The notes beneath the pieces were generated by a model. The model was not told the origin of the DNA and did no database searches. It worked only from the letters and a program-made list of their open reading frames with translations. A stretch of DNA of 64,000 nucleotides, from the sequence record OR896834.1, one strand, 5' to 3'. A program made the translations under genes and the position numbers. This DNA comes from Escherichia phage Baret. Below are positions 44,246-53,451 of the stretch, in pieces. Position 1 is the first letter of the stretch. Each line of letters starts with the position of its first letter.

Positions 44246-44614
44246 ATGAAAGCATATCAAAATCTTAAGTCTGGCGTAATTAATCTTGTTCATGATAATC
44301 AGATTATTCAACTGTACTCTAAAAATGGCGAACTTAAACAAAAAGTTCTGGTTGAGGATCTAGAGGGTATTACACCCCATTTTGACCCCGAGTCCTTTCG
44401 TGAAGTCAAGGTGGAAGTCGCCCCTCAAATTGAAGGTGGTCAGCACCTAAATGTCAATGTGTTAAGTCGTGATCAGCTTTTGGATGCACAGAAACATCCT
44501 GAAAAATACCCTCAATTAACTATCCGTGTTTCAGGGTACGCTGTGCGTTTTAACGCACTGACGCGTGAACAGCAGAACGACGTTATTAGTCGTACATTTA
44601 CTCAGGCGATGTAA
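44246..44614 (+). CDS. grcA: autonomous glycyl-radical cofactor, GrcA/YfiD homologue
   Basis: C-terminus [60 protein letters not shown] is near-identical in pattern to enterobacterial GrcA, including glycyl-radical motif RVSGYAV. Confidence 0.85.
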   Translation: MKAYQNLKSGVINLVHDNQIIQLYSKNGELKQKVLVEDLEGITPHFDPESFREVKVEVAPQIEGGQHLNVNVLSRDQLLDAQKHPEKYPQLTIRVSGYAVRFNALTREQQNDVISRTFTQAM

Positions 44615-44695
44615 TGGGGCTTGGATACGGTTTCTACGAACTACGTAAGGTAGTCGAGCAAACTCCATTTATCTCCCAAGTTTTAGGAGAAATGT

Positions 44696-45010
44696 GTGGA
44701 TCGAGCATTAAGACGTCATCACCGGCAACGTGTAAAGAACAACCGCAAGAAGTATTGGACAGTCTTCCCACATGAAGAAAGCCCTAAACGGTTAGGTATT
44801 ATCACTACTACTCCTTGTATCTGTTCTTGTTGGATGTGCGGGAATCCTCGCAAATACTTTAAGAATAGTAAAGCAGGGATGAAAACCTCGGAGATTAGGA
44901 AAATGGAAGCAATGATTACGGATATTTCAAATGATGAATTTGATGGCTTTGTAGGATTCGGAGAAGGAATTAGCTCAGGCTGTTTCGAAGATGTACGCCC
45001 CGATTTGTAA
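44696..45010 (+). CDS. hypothetical basic Cys-containing protein (104 aa, GTG start)
   Basis: GTG 6 nt after AGGAG. Confidence 0.45.
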   Translation: MDRALRRHHRQRVKNNRKKYWTVFPHEESPKRLGIITTTPCICSCWMCGNPRKYFKNSKAGMKTSEIRKMEAMITDISNDEFDGFVGFGEGISSGCFEDVRPDL

Positions 45011-45018
45011 TTAATAAC

Positions 45019-45055
45019 AAACCCCAGCTATTGAATAGGTAGTCTGGGGTTTTTC
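45019..45055 (+). terminator. Rho-independent terminator
   Basis: ACCCCAG...CTGGGGT hairpin followed by TTTTTCTG. Confidence 0.7.
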
Positions 45056-45131
45056 TGTATACAGGTAGATAATTTATGTATAATAAAATTCATCCACATT
45101 AGGTTAATTTAAAAAACTTAATGGAGGTAAT

Positions 45132-45479
45132 ATGAGCCGTACTTATCGTAAACAATCTGGTGATCAGTGGTGGAAGTCTAAAGAACAATTCTCTCAAGAA
45201 TATTCTTTCATCAAAGAAAATGGCTACTGGATTCGTGTTATTTATGCCAAATCTTGGGACGACATCAAAAAAGAAATGAAGGAAGCAACCATTCGTAATG
45301 AGAAAAAGGATGGTTATAACTGGAATTCTGTTAGTAAGAATGTTAAGTGGCATTCTAATAAAATGGTTCGTCAAGGGAATCGTCAAGAACTCCACCGCGT
45401 GATGAAAGATCCAGAAAATTACGACTATAATCGCGATCATGACATGCGTAAGCGTGGATTATGGTGGTGCTATGACTAA
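45132..45479 (+). CDS. hypothetical protein (115 aa)
   Basis: Track ORF, GGAGG RBS; extended -10 TGTATAAT at ~45076-84. Confidence 0.5.
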   Translation: MSRTYRKQSGDQWWKSKEQFSQEYSFIKENGYWIRVIYAKSWDDIKKEMKEATIRNEKKDGYNWNSVSKNVKWHSNKMVRQGNRQELHRVMKDPENYDYNRDHDMRKRGLWWCYD

Positions 45480-45496
45480 ATTCTGAAATAATTCAT

Positions 45497-45525
45497 TTGC
45501 TAAACCTCTCTTTTCTTGCTATAAT
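45497..45525 (+). promoter_or_regulatory. sigma70 promoter (TTGCTA-17-TATAAT)
   Basis: attcatttgctaaacctctcttttcttgctataat. Confidence 0.65.
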
Positions 45526-45555
45526 ATATTTATAAATTGATGAGAGAGGTTTGAA

Positions 45556-45837
45556 ATGAAAAATCGCCTAGACTGTGCCATTCATGTTCTTGAACATGAT
45601 GTTGTGGGAACCTGTATGTCTTACCACGAAGCAGGTCCTTTAATTAAAGAACGTGTGGCAGATGTGTGTGGATTGAAGATTACTGCTGAGGAAGCTGATG
45701 ATCTTTTAGGTCAAGCACTGGAAAAAACCGAAATGTTCCTATGCGATTCTTGTTCTTGGTGGTGTGAAGCTCACGAACGTTCTTTCAACGATTATGATGT
45801 ATGTCGTGATTGTAGTGGGGAGGATGAAGATGAATAA
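45556..45837 (+). CDS. hypothetical Cys-rich acidic protein (93 aa)
   Basis: Track ORF; CDSCSWWC...CRDCSG. Confidence 0.5.
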   Translation: MKNRLDCAIHVLEHDVVGTCMSYHEAGPLIKERVADVCGLKITAEEADDLLGQALEKTEMFLCDSCSWWCEAHERSFNDYDVCRDCSGEDEDE

Positions 45838-46129
45838 GTTTATTATTGCACTGATGATCTCCGCAGTTAGTTTCGGTTCTCTGGCATCTACCAAAGTTTC
45901 TATGAAAAACGGTAATGTTAAAGTCCAACAAAACGGCATCATTACTGAATATGGTAAAGTGCGTGATGTTAAGGAACGTAATGGCAAAGTAGAAATATAT
46001 ACTAATAAAAACTTCTCTACTCCGGCTGTTACTGTTAGCAAACGTGGTGAGATAACTACTCAACGTACTAATAGCTCTAGTTCTTTTACTTGTCGTTATG
46101 ATTGCGACTTTGAAGGTGAAGATGAATAA
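45830..46129 (+). CDS. secreted small protein with signal peptide (99 aa)
   Basis: ATG overlapping upstream stop; MNKFIIALMISAVSFGSLAST signal peptide. Confidence 0.5.
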   Translation: MNKFIIALMISAVSFGSLASTKVSMKNGNVKVQQNGIITEYGKVRDVKERNGKVEIYTNKNFSTPAVTVSKRGEITTQRTNSSSSFTCRYDCDFEGEDE

Positions 46130-46514
46130 TTTAGATCCTAGAATTAAATTTGCAATTACAGAAATCCAAGATCAAATTGATGAAGACTTCACTATTTGGT
46201 CAAGATCTGGTAATGGGGAATACTGCCAGCTTTACAGCATGAAAATGGGTATCTCAATTGAGCTTAATATCAACTCTGAAGGTAGGGTAGAAGCCCAACC
46301 CATGTTCAGTGTTCCAGGCTTCTCTGGGTTTGTTGCGGGTATGAAATTATGCCTACCAAATAACCATCTTCATCGAGTTATTTGTCAGCTAGAGACTATT
46401 AAGCATTTCTTGCCAGAAGATAATATTAATGACTACTACCATGAAGTTGTAGCAGCTCATATGATGAAAGAATGCAAACGTCGGAGAGAAGAACGTGAAA
46501 AGACTAAATATTAA
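46122..46514 (+). CDS. hypothetical protein (130 aa)
   Basis: ATG after AAGGTGAAG, overlapping upstream stop. Confidence 0.5.
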   Translation: MNNLDPRIKFAITEIQDQIDEDFTIWSRSGNGEYCQLYSMKMGISIELNINSEGRVEAQPMFSVPGFSGFVAGMKLCLPNNHLHRVICQLETIKHFLPEDNINDYYHEVVAAHMMKECKRRREEREKTKY

Positions 46515-46791
46515 TAGCACAGTGCAGATCCCAGCAACTAAGGATATTTTAACATTCCTACGTAGTGAGAATGCCCAGTTTTGGCATGACTATATCCAGA
46601 AAAATAAAAATAACCCAGATGTAGTTGCCTTTGCCAAAAAACGTATCGAAGAATATAAAGATCCAGAGATTAAAGATGGGATGATCACTATGCAATTGTG
46701 GGTAGCCATGAATACGTTTGGACCTACTATGAGTCTAGGATTTACTCCGCTGTTTACAAATATTCTAATTAATGAAAAGGATCTGAAATGA
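46495..46791 (+). CDS. hypothetical protein (98 aa)
   Basis: Track ORF. Confidence 0.45.
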   Translation: MKRLNINSTVQIPATKDILTFLRSENAQFWHDYIQKNKNNPDVVAFAKKRIEEYKDPEIKDGMITMQLWVAMNTFGPTMSLGFTPLFTNILINEKDLK

Positions 46792-47072
46792 TTATCTCTC
46801 CCTTTGCTCTTTGGTTCGTCATTGGATCCATAGTAGCTATTTATAGCTTGGTTGATGATCTGTATATTTCTAAGAACAAAGATGTAATATTATATGTTAT
46901 ACATAAAACCCGACCGTTAGACCTACCACCTCTTGATGATAAAACATTACTCAGATGTGCTAGATCTGTGATATTTATTATGGATATTCTTCTAGGCCCA
47001 ACATCTGTATTTTTCTATTACCGAAAAACTCGTAATATGAAAAAATTTAAAGCAGAAATGCAGAATAATTAA
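46788..47072 (+). CDS. hypothetical membrane protein (94 aa)
   Basis: Track ORF; N-terminal TM helix. Confidence 0.45.
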   Translation: MIISPFALWFVIGSIVAIYSLVDDLYISKNKDVILYVIHKTRPLDLPPLDDKTLLRCARSVIFIMDILLGPTSVFFYYRKTRNMKKFKAEMQNN

Positions 47073-47182
47073 AGAACTCGCGTAGGACCGAGTTGCGTCA
47101 CCTGCAACTGTTACGGATAAGGGAGTCGTGCCCCTTAGTGCGGTAAGTGGTGAGGTGGCTGCTAGCCCTAACTGGAGATGAT

Positions 47183-47527
47183 ATGACTATATTACTAATT
47201 CTTGTTACTACCTGGTTTTTAATCGGTGCTGGATATGCGATAGCTATTATTAGACATTTGGACGAATATTCTGCTGAATGGTTTATTAAGTATCTACGTA
47301 TTGATGATAAAGAACAGAAGTTTAAAGATGAAAAGCAGAAAAAAGCAGTAAATAATATGACAGCCAAAGAATGCTTGTTCTACATGCGTATTGTAGGGTT
47401 CTTTGGACTATTAGTTGCTGGCCCAATTGGTTCTACCATTGCTCCATATAAAGAAACAGTTGCTGACATCAAATTGTGGAGAAATGCAGGGGTACTGCGT
47501 AAAGCTAGAGAAACCAATATTACATAA
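47183..47527 (+). CDS. hypothetical membrane protein (114 aa)
   Basis: ATG after TGGAGA; two predicted TM helices. Confidence 0.45.
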   Translation: MTILLILVTTWFLIGAGYAIAIIRHLDEYSAEWFIKYLRIDDKEQKFKDEKQKKAVNNMTAKECLFYMRIVGFFGLLVAGPIGSTIAPYKETVADIKLWRNAGVLRKARETNIT

Positions 47528-47571
47528 GATTGATACTAAATCAACTTACTAGCAAAAGCAAATAATGACAA

Positions 47572-47607
47572 AGCCCAGCCTGCACTTTTGCGACTGGGCT
47601 ATTTTTA
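47572..47607 (+). terminator. Rho-independent terminator
   Basis: AGCCCAG...CTGGGCT hairpin followed by ATTTTTAT. Confidence 0.7.
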
Positions 47608-47621
47608 TAATAAAATTTTAA

Positions 47622-47650
47622 TTGCTTAGATGCCCAAACTTTTGTATAAT
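47622..47650 (+). promoter_or_regulatory. sigma70 promoter (TTGCTT-17-TATAAT)
   Basis: ttgcttagatgcccaaacttttgtataat. Confidence 0.65.
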
Positions 47651-47681
47651 ATGTTTATAGATTGAGGCAAGAGGATTAAAT

Positions 47682-48380
47682 ATGAGGATTATTTCTAAGT
47701 TCGCCGATGTGTATGATTTGCAGAACAGTTTGTTCGACCCAGATCGTGTGTGGGAACGTAAAACTGAGGAGTTACTGGTTAAAGTAACCGATGATGCAGA
47801 AAAGAACATTGTGCATACTCGCCAGGTATTTCGTGATGGTTCGCTATCTTTCCGTGGTGATTTCGAATACTTCGTAAACCCCCTATTTGTTGCAGGTGAA
47901 GTTTACTGGTTACACGAGCTGTACTGCTGGCATCCAGCATTTAGCTTCAAAACGTTTAATCTCGACACTATGTTCGATAAAATGGAAGAGATGGGATTAC
48001 ATGCTCGCTCTTACTTAAGGGATAAGAGTCGTGGAGATGTTCGTGAAACAATGCGTGATCTGCTAGCTGAAGCAAAACCTAAAGCAGAACGTATCTTATC
48101 CGAACTGCGTGTACCGATTGCATATGTGAAAGGTATTAAAAAGAACGATAACGATGATGTTCGTAACTTCGTAATTCAGACTAACATTCGTTTCCATCAG
48201 TCCGGTATTCCGTGGCAGGAAATTGAAAGTAACTTATACCGTTTACACCAAGTTCTCGAACAGTATATCTTCGGTGTACTAGGAACTGGTGAGCCTGATA
48301 TGATTAAAGTATCAGATAAAGACAGGTTAGCAGCGCATGGATTTGATACAAAAACTTCTTTCAGGAATATGGCGCGGTAA
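47682..48380 (+). CDS. hypothetical protein (232 aa)
   Basis: Track ORF, AGAGGA RBS. Confidence 0.55.
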   Translation: MRIISKFADVYDLQNSLFDPDRVWERKTEELLVKVTDDAEKNIVHTRQVFRDGSLSFRGDFEYFVNPLFVAGEVYWLHELYCWHPAFSFKTFNLDTMFDKMEEMGLHARSYLRDKSRGDVRETMRDLLAEAKPKAERILSELRVPIAYVKGIKKNDNDDVRNFVIQTNIRFHQSGIPWQEIESNLYRLHQVLEQYIFGVLGTGEPDMIKVSDKDRLAAHGFDTKTSFRNMAR

Positions 48381-48786
48381 GTGGTATATCCTGGGAGCAG
48401 GTCTAGCGATAGGCATCGGGTTCGGTGCTTATCACTTAATAAATAAAGTGGAGACTTTGTCGGGAGATCTTGCGGTAGCTACTAAAAAGATCTCTTCTCT
48501 AGAGACTTCCCTTAACAAGGTGAAAGCTGAGAGTGAACTTCGCGAGACTCGTATGAATCAGTATTTCACAATGAATAATGTTTCCCAAGCAGATCTAGAT
48601 AAGAAAATTAGTCAGCTTGATAAAGCACTTAGTCGTCAAGACATTATAGCTGCAAAGCCTGGATTGGTAACATTAATTGCTAAAAAGCAGAGTAAGGAGT
48701 TCGAGGAAAGATTAGCATGTTTAACTGGAAACTTGGAATACTGCTCGCAGCCGCAATCACAATCACAGGCTGTGCACAAGAAATAA
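48337..48786 (+). CDS. i-spanin-like protein (N-terminal TM helix + coiled coil)
   Basis: TM WYILGAGLAIGIGFGAY followed by coiled-coil region; next ORF is embedded in its 3' end in another frame. Confidence 0.45.
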   Translation: MDLIQKLLSGIWRGKWYILGAGLAIGIGFGAYHLINKVETLSGDLAVATKKISSLETSLNKVKAESELRETRMNQYFTMNNVSQADLDKKISQLDKALSRQDIIAAKPGLVTLIAKKQSKEFEERLACLTGNLEYCSQPQSQSQAVHKK

Positions 48787-49070
48787 AGACAGAATCTACA
48801 CATGAGCTACCAACAGCTCATGTAGACTGGCCCAAAGGACTTCAACCTTGTAGCTTTGACTTTAAGTTTGAAAAGAAATTAGCTACAAATGGAGAAGATG
48901 GTGTAGTAGTTGTTGTACCATATAAAGATTGGAATATGTTGGCAAAATGCCGTGAGGCAGAATATTCATATATTTCACGACTGACAAGTATGGTTTGCTT
49001 CTATCGCCAAGATTTACAAGAAAAACGTTGCTTAGTTTACTATCCACCCATTACAAATAGGAAAGATTAA
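48717..49070 (+). CDS. o-spanin-like outer-membrane lipoprotein
   Basis: Lipobox LLAAAITITGC; Cys-rich; starts 70 nt inside the upstream ORF (Rz/Rz1-like overlap). Confidence 0.45.
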   Translation: MFNWKLGILLAAAITITGCAQEIKTESTHELPTAHVDWPKGLQPCSFDFKFEKKLATNGEDGVVVVVPYKDWNMLAKCREAEYSYISRLTSMVCFYRQDLQEKRCLVYYPPITNRKD

Positions 49071-49822
49071 TGTCAGTATTAGTCGGTTTACATGGTGAAG
49101 CTGGTTCGGGAAAAGATACCGTTGCAAAATTAATTATCGATTGGTGTAATGACACGTATCCAACGTGTTTACCCCGTCGTTATAGTTTTGCTAAGCCCGT
49201 TTATGAACTTGCATCCGTAATCCTCGGTGTAACTCCAGAGTTTCTAGGAGAGCGCAGGGGAAAAGAGGTTGACCAATGGTTTACGATCACACAATCTCAA
49301 TTGGAGCGAGCCAGAGATGTGTGGGTTAAGTATGGTATCGATAAGTTTGAAGACTTCTCGTACGTTTGGCCTATTTTTGAGGAAAAATATCTTAATCCCC
49401 AACAACTTATCTCAGAGAGTAAAGAAGATGGTCTTTATAGTTTATTTATTTCTCCGAGAAAAATGTTACAGCTCGTAGGAACAGAGCTAGGAAGGCAGCT
49501 GGTGCATGAACGCATTTGGCTCATAATTCTGGAGCAATCCATCGCTAAAGACGACCCAGACGTCGCTGTAATAACAGATGTTAGATTCCCCAATGAAGGA
49601 GAGCTACTCAGAGAAACAAACCATTTAGATATGGATTCTTTGATAGTAAATGTAGTACCAGCTGAGCAGAAGTTCACTATTAAATCAGATCATCCATCTG
49701 AAAGGGGTATTCCTGCAAAATATATTACTCACGAATTAGTTAATAAATTCGATGGTATCAATAACCTTAAACTAGAAGTTTATAACTTCTGTGACTTAGA
49801 GCTAGAACCACTAGTTGGATAA
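49070..49822 (+). CDS. P-loop kinase, probable deoxynucleoside monophosphate kinase
   Basis: Walker A GLHGEAGSGKDT; 250 aa; T5 is known to encode a dNMP kinase. Confidence 0.5.
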   Translation: MSVLVGLHGEAGSGKDTVAKLIIDWCNDTYPTCLPRRYSFAKPVYELASVILGVTPEFLGERRGKEVDQWFTITQSQLERARDVWVKYGIDKFEDFSYVWPIFEEKYLNPQQLISESKEDGLYSLFISPRKMLQLVGTELGRQLVHERIWLIILEQSIAKDDPDVAVITDVRFPNEGELLRETNHLDMDSLIVNVVPAEQKFTIKSDHPSERGIPAKYITHELVNKFDGINNLKLEVYNFCDLELEPLVG

Positions 49823-49834
49823 TCAAGGATCGCT

Positions 49835-50434
49835 ATGACTAATAAAAAAGAAGAAAAGACTAACCTGTTTCACTCCATTCGCCAATCTAATGAGTATACC
49901 TTTTTCTTTGATGAAGAACTCGGTCCGCCGGATGAATACCGTGATTTATCAATGGTACTTATGCAAGCAAATGAGGACGACGAAATTAATCTGATGATTA
50001 ATGGTCCAGGTGGTTATGTTGATACTGCTGCACAGTTATCTAACTTAATTGCTAATTGCCGTGGAACAGTTATAGGACATCTGGTTGGTCCTAGTGCTTC
50101 TGCTTACTGCACAATTTTCCTATCCTGTCATGGATGGGTAGTACATCCACATGCTACGCTAATGGGACACACGTTCTCTGGCGGATTCTGTGAGAAAGGT
50201 CAAGAAATCAAGAAAGCCTATGAATCTTACAACAAGTTCGTAGAAGATATGATGCTAGATGTCTACTATCCGTTCTTCTCAATAGATGAAATAGACGAGA
50301 TGGTAAAAGACAACAAAAATATCTATCTAGATAGCAAGGAAATCCATAAGCGTATTGAAATCTTGGCGAAATATAGATCTGAGCAATATAATAAAATGCA
50401 GTTAACTCAATCTGAGGAGCACAACGAAGAGTAA
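49835..50434 (+). CDS. ClpP-like serine protease family protein
   Basis: INGPGGYV...GPSASAY...VVHPH parallels ClpP INSPGG...AAS...MIHQP. Confidence 0.55.
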   Translation: MTNKKEEKTNLFHSIRQSNEYTFFFDEELGPPDEYRDLSMVLMQANEDDEINLMINGPGGYVDTAAQLSNLIANCRGTVIGHLVGPSASAYCTIFLSCHGWVVHPHATLMGHTFSGGFCEKGQEIKKAYESYNKFVEDMMLDVYYPFFSIDEIDEMVKDNKNIYLDSKEIHKRIEILAKYRSEQYNKMQLTQSEEHNEE

Positions 50435-50444
50435 GTAATTTTAA

Positions 50445-50470
50445 GCCAGGGTTAAGTACCCTGGCTTTTC
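50445..50470 (+). terminator. Rho-independent terminator
   Basis: GCCAGGG-ttaagta-CCCTGGC followed by TTTTCTTTT. Confidence 0.75.
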
Positions 50471-50536
50471 TTTTATCTAAAATTCTTCTTGACAACGACA
50501 TAATTTTATGCTCCAAGTGTAACATTTAAAAACCCA

Positions 50537-50565
50537 TTGAAATTTTCCTCCAAAATTAGTATAAT
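50537..50565 (+). promoter_or_regulatory. sigma70 promoter (TTGAAA-17-TATAAT) for lysis cassette
   Basis: ttgaaattttcctccaaaattagtataat. Confidence 0.6.
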
Positions 50566-50590
50566 GGTACTGGTTAGAGGAGGTTACAAA

Positions 50591-51247
50591 TTGGAAAAGT
50601 TCTTACAATTATTAACAGTACTGCTCCAAGAAGCGAAAGACCCAGCATCGCTTCTTAAACGTCTGCTAACTATCTTAGTTGCTGTCATTATTTTCTTATT
50701 TGTTAGTAATACTAGTGAAGTAATGTCATTCTTAAAGACTTTTTCCACGTCTGCAGTTTTACAGGATTTACAAACCCAGAGGATAGATAACTTCCCTAAT
50801 GTGGCGAGGGAAAAGAGCATGGTTCTCTTCTCTCAGACGGGTGCAGATGCTGTTTTTGTAGTCAAGTATAAACCAGATGCTATCAATGATTATTCCAATA
50901 TTATTGCATGGGAAAGTAATGCGCAATTAGATAGGGCTGACTTGGCCGATAAAGCGGTAAATAAAACGTCTGAATTATACAGACGTCATTTAGAGGGCTT
51001 TAACTACGCATCGGATTTAAGTGTAAGAGTAAATAAATATATGGGGTTAAATATACCTGCGTTTAAAAACGTTACTTTTAATTACATATACACTTGTCCA
51101 TACTTCAATCTAAAAAATATCTATGCTGGGTACATTGGTATTGCTTGGAAAGATAATCCGGTAGATACAGCTGATTCTGAACAGTTCAAGGAATATTTAG
51201 CAAAGCTCTGTTCCCCACAACAGAGATCTTTAGGTAGGTCAATATGA
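50591..51247 (+). CDS. holin-like membrane protein (218 aa, TTG start)
   Basis: TTG 8 nt after AGAGGAGG and downstream of promoter (track ATG at 50537 lies in the -35); single TM LLTILVAVIIFLFV; immediately upstream of endolysin. Confidence 0.5.
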   Translation: MEKFLQLLTVLLQEAKDPASLLKRLLTILVAVIIFLFVSNTSEVMSFLKTFSTSAVLQDLQTQRIDNFPNVAREKSMVLFSQTGADAVFVVKYKPDAINDYSNIIAWESNAQLDRADLADKAVNKTSELYRRHLEGFNYASDLSVRVNKYMGLNIPAFKNVTFNYIYTCPYFNLKNIYAGYIGIAWKDNPVDTADSEQFKEYLAKLCSPQQRSLGRSI

Positions 51248-51657
51248 GTTTTAAATTTGGTAAAAATAGCGAAAAACAATTAGCTACCGTTAAGCCCGAG
51301 CTACAAAAAGTAGCTCGTAGGGCTTTAGAATTATCTCCGTATGATTTCACAATCGTGCAAGGTATTCGTACAGTAGCACAAAGTGCCCAGAACATTGCTA
51401 ATGGTACTTCATTTCTAAAAGATCCTAGTAAAAGCAAACATATTACTGGGGATGCTATTGATTTTGCTCCATATATTAATGGCAAAATTGATTGGAATGA
51501 CTTAGAAGCATTTTGGGCGGTTAAAAAGGCTTTTGAACAAGCTGGTAAAGAACTAGGCATTAAACTTCGTTTTGGTGCTGATTGGAATGCTTCAGGAGAC
51601 TATCACGATGAAATAAAACGTGGTACCTATGATGGCGGTCATGTCGAACTAGTTTAA
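51244..51657 (+). CDS. endolysin, L-alanyl-D-glutamate peptidase (M15-type zinc peptidase)
   Basis: 137 aa; zinc ligand pattern HITGDAIDF...GGHVE; length matches T5 endolysin. Confidence 0.8.
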   Translation: MSFKFGKNSEKQLATVKPELQKVARRALELSPYDFTIVQGIRTVAQSAQNIANGTSFLKDPSKSKHITGDAIDFAPYINGKIDWNDLEAFWAVKKAFEQAGKELGIKLRFGADWNASGDYHDEIKRGTYDGGHVELV

Positions 51658-51667
51658 TTAATAACTG

Positions 51668-51692
51668 AGGCGGGAATATTCCCGCCTTTTTA
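51668..51692 (+). terminator. Rho-independent terminator
   Basis: AGGCGGG-aatatt-CCCGCCT followed by TTTTT. Confidence 0.8.
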
Positions 51693-51735
51693 GGCAAAGG
51701 GGGCTTTAATAATTTTTTGAAGATAGGAGAAAGCC

Positions 51736-52152
51736 ATGTTTGCAGAGCTATTCACTATGATGCTGCTAGGTATCTGGAAAATAAGTCTAGTAGTATTCGT
51801 TTTAATGATAGTCTTTACTATCATTGCATTAACTACCCGAAATAGCTTATTAATAAAGGTTATTCACGGACTAGAGTATATAATTATGGGTTCATTCGGC
51901 GTTTGTAAATGCAATTGCCATAGAGATACGAAATATTGTTGGTTATGGATGGAACTAGAGAATCCCATATCCATAGCTTTGGCTGTTTCATTCGGTATGA
52001 TTCTTATGGCCCTTACTCTAGCATTAATACCTTTAATGTTAGCTGGGGGAGTTACAGCGTATTTCACCCTTTTCTCCCCGATACTTATGTACTCAATTTA
52101 CCCAATAACTATGTATCTAGTTAGGAAAAGATTTATACATGCAGTAGATTAA
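51736..52152 (+). CDS. polytopic membrane protein (138 aa)
   Basis: Track ORF; 3-4 hydrophobic helices; AGGAGAAAG RBS. Confidence 0.5.
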   Translation: MFAELFTMMLLGIWKISLVVFVLMIVFTIIALTTRNSLLIKVIHGLEYIIMGSFGVCKCNCHRDTKYCWLWMELENPISIALAVSFGMILMALTLALIPLMLAGGVTAYFTLFSPILMYSIYPITMYLVRKRFIHAVD

Positions 52153-52165
52153 TATAAAAAAGTAG

Positions 52166-52194
52166 TTGACTTTTAGCCCTAGTTATTATATAAT
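52166..52194 (+). promoter_or_regulatory. sigma70 promoter (TTGACT-17-TATAAT)
   Basis: ttgacttttagccctagttattatataat. Confidence 0.65.
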
Positions 52195-52227
52195 ATATAC
52201 ATAAATTAGTTAAGAGAGGTATATATT

Positions 52228-52659
52228 ATGTCTGATCGTTTCTACACTCAAATGGCGGAACATTTTCGTATACCACATTACGAGCTAAACATTGCACTCC
52301 GTGATCATGACTCTCCTGAGTACAAAAAGCTCGAAAAGAAAGCGGAAAAATCTATTGATACAAAGGTAGGTGCATCTATGTCTAAGGGCAAAAAGTTAAC
52401 TCGTCTTGATCTTAATAAAATTTTAACTGAACTTTTGGGTACTGATATTGAAGGTGCTAAATTACCACTTCTTGTACTAGAGACTATGATTAAAAAGGTC
52501 AAAAATAAAGAATATAAGAAGGTAGAAGTCCCAGAGGGCAGATTAAAGGCTCCTTATCAGGAAGCATTAACCGAGTGTTTGGGTGTAAATCTTGATCTGA
52601 GCACCGCAACCGTAAAAACTATGAAAAACTTCTTAGAGGCCATTAATAACTATGAGTAA
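52228..52659 (+). CDS. hypothetical protein (143 aa)
   Basis: Track ORF, AGAGAGG RBS. Confidence 0.5.
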   Translation: MSDRFYTQMAEHFRIPHYELNIALRDHDSPEYKKLEKKAEKSIDTKVGASMSKGKKLTRLDLNKILTELLGTDIEGAKLPLLVLETMIKKVKNKEYKKVEVPEGRLKAPYQEALTECLGVNLDLSTATVKTMKNFLEAINNYE

Positions 52660-52942
52660 ATTAGTATATCTATTAAAAGGTTCTACTTGCAATCCTTGCA
52701 AAATGTTTGAGCCAGTATTTGATAAAGTAGTCAATGAATATAATTTGGAAGTCCATAAAGAGACTGATAATGCAGAATTAATGCAGAAATTTGGTGTGCG
52801 CCAAGTACCTGTAGTAGTTCTGGCGGATCGCTTACCTAATGGTCGAGTAGAAGCTAATCATATTTTGATTGGACGTCAGCTTCGTAAAGAAACTATGCAC
52901 GAAGCTATTAAAAATTTCCTGGATGATAATCCAGAGGATTAA
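52652..52942 (+). CDS. thioredoxin/glutaredoxin-fold protein (possible RNR reductant)
   Basis: CxxC active site STCNPC near N-terminus, cis-Pro-like VPVVVL; 96 aa. Confidence 0.5.
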   Translation: MSKLVYLLKGSTCNPCKMFEPVFDKVVNEYNLEVHKETDNAELMQKFGVRQVPVVVLADRLPNGRVEANHILIGRQLRKETMHEAIKNFLDDNPED

Positions 52943-52948
52943 TAAACC

Positions 52949-52980
52949 AAGCCTGATCTTAGCGGATCAGGCTTTTATTT
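52949..52980 (+). terminator. Rho-independent terminator
   Basis: AGCCTGATC-ttagcg-GATCAGGCT followed by TTTTATTTT. Confidence 0.8.
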
Positions 52981-52983
52981 TAC

Positions 52984-53012
52984 TTGCTTTTTGCTAAAAA
53001 TTTTGGTATAAT
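52984..53012 (+). promoter_or_regulatory. sigma70 promoter (TTGCTT-17-TATAAT)
   Basis: ttgctttttgctaaaaattttggtataat. Confidence 0.65.
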
Positions 53013-53069
53013 ACTTATATAAATTGATGAGAAGGCTATCTACGCACTACAAGAAATAGGGGTATTCCA

Positions 53070-53447
53070 ATGAACTATGCATATCTAATTATTAATAATA
53101 ACGTAGTTTGTGGTACTCGCGCTGTTGAGATGGGTATTACAGAAGAAAAGTATAAGTCACTTCCAGAAAAGGAACAACAATATTATGTTGAAGAAGCTGC
53201 TTGGGAGTATGCTGAGGTTTATCCCGAAGAACGTGAAGATCGTCTTACTCTTGTTGTGTCTCTGGGTTTGGTTGGCTGTGATACCGAAGTTGATACAGAC
53301 TTAGAGACTTTGGAAGAGTGGGAAGAGTTAGATATCTCAGCTAAAAACTCCTTAATCCGTGAAGCCTTTTGGGAAGCTGTAGATTGCCACGTAGTATTTG
53401 AGCCTAATGATGAAGAGGCTGAAAAACATACCAACCATTGGAGATAA
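53070..53447 (+). CDS. hypothetical acidic protein (125 aa)
   Basis: Track ORF. Confidence 0.5.
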   Translation: MNYAYLIINNNVVCGTRAVEMGITEEKYKSLPEKEQQYYVEEAAWEYAEVYPEEREDRLTLVVSLGLVGCDTEVDTDLETLEEWEELDISAKNSLIREAFWEAVDCHVVFEPNDEEAEKHTNHWR

Positions 53448-53451
53448 TTAA

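Noticed and set aside
50489-50505. TTGACA hexamer at 50489 as a promoter -35
   Set aside because: No -10 element at 16-19 bp spacing; the functional promoter is TTGAAA-17-TATAAT at 50537-50565.
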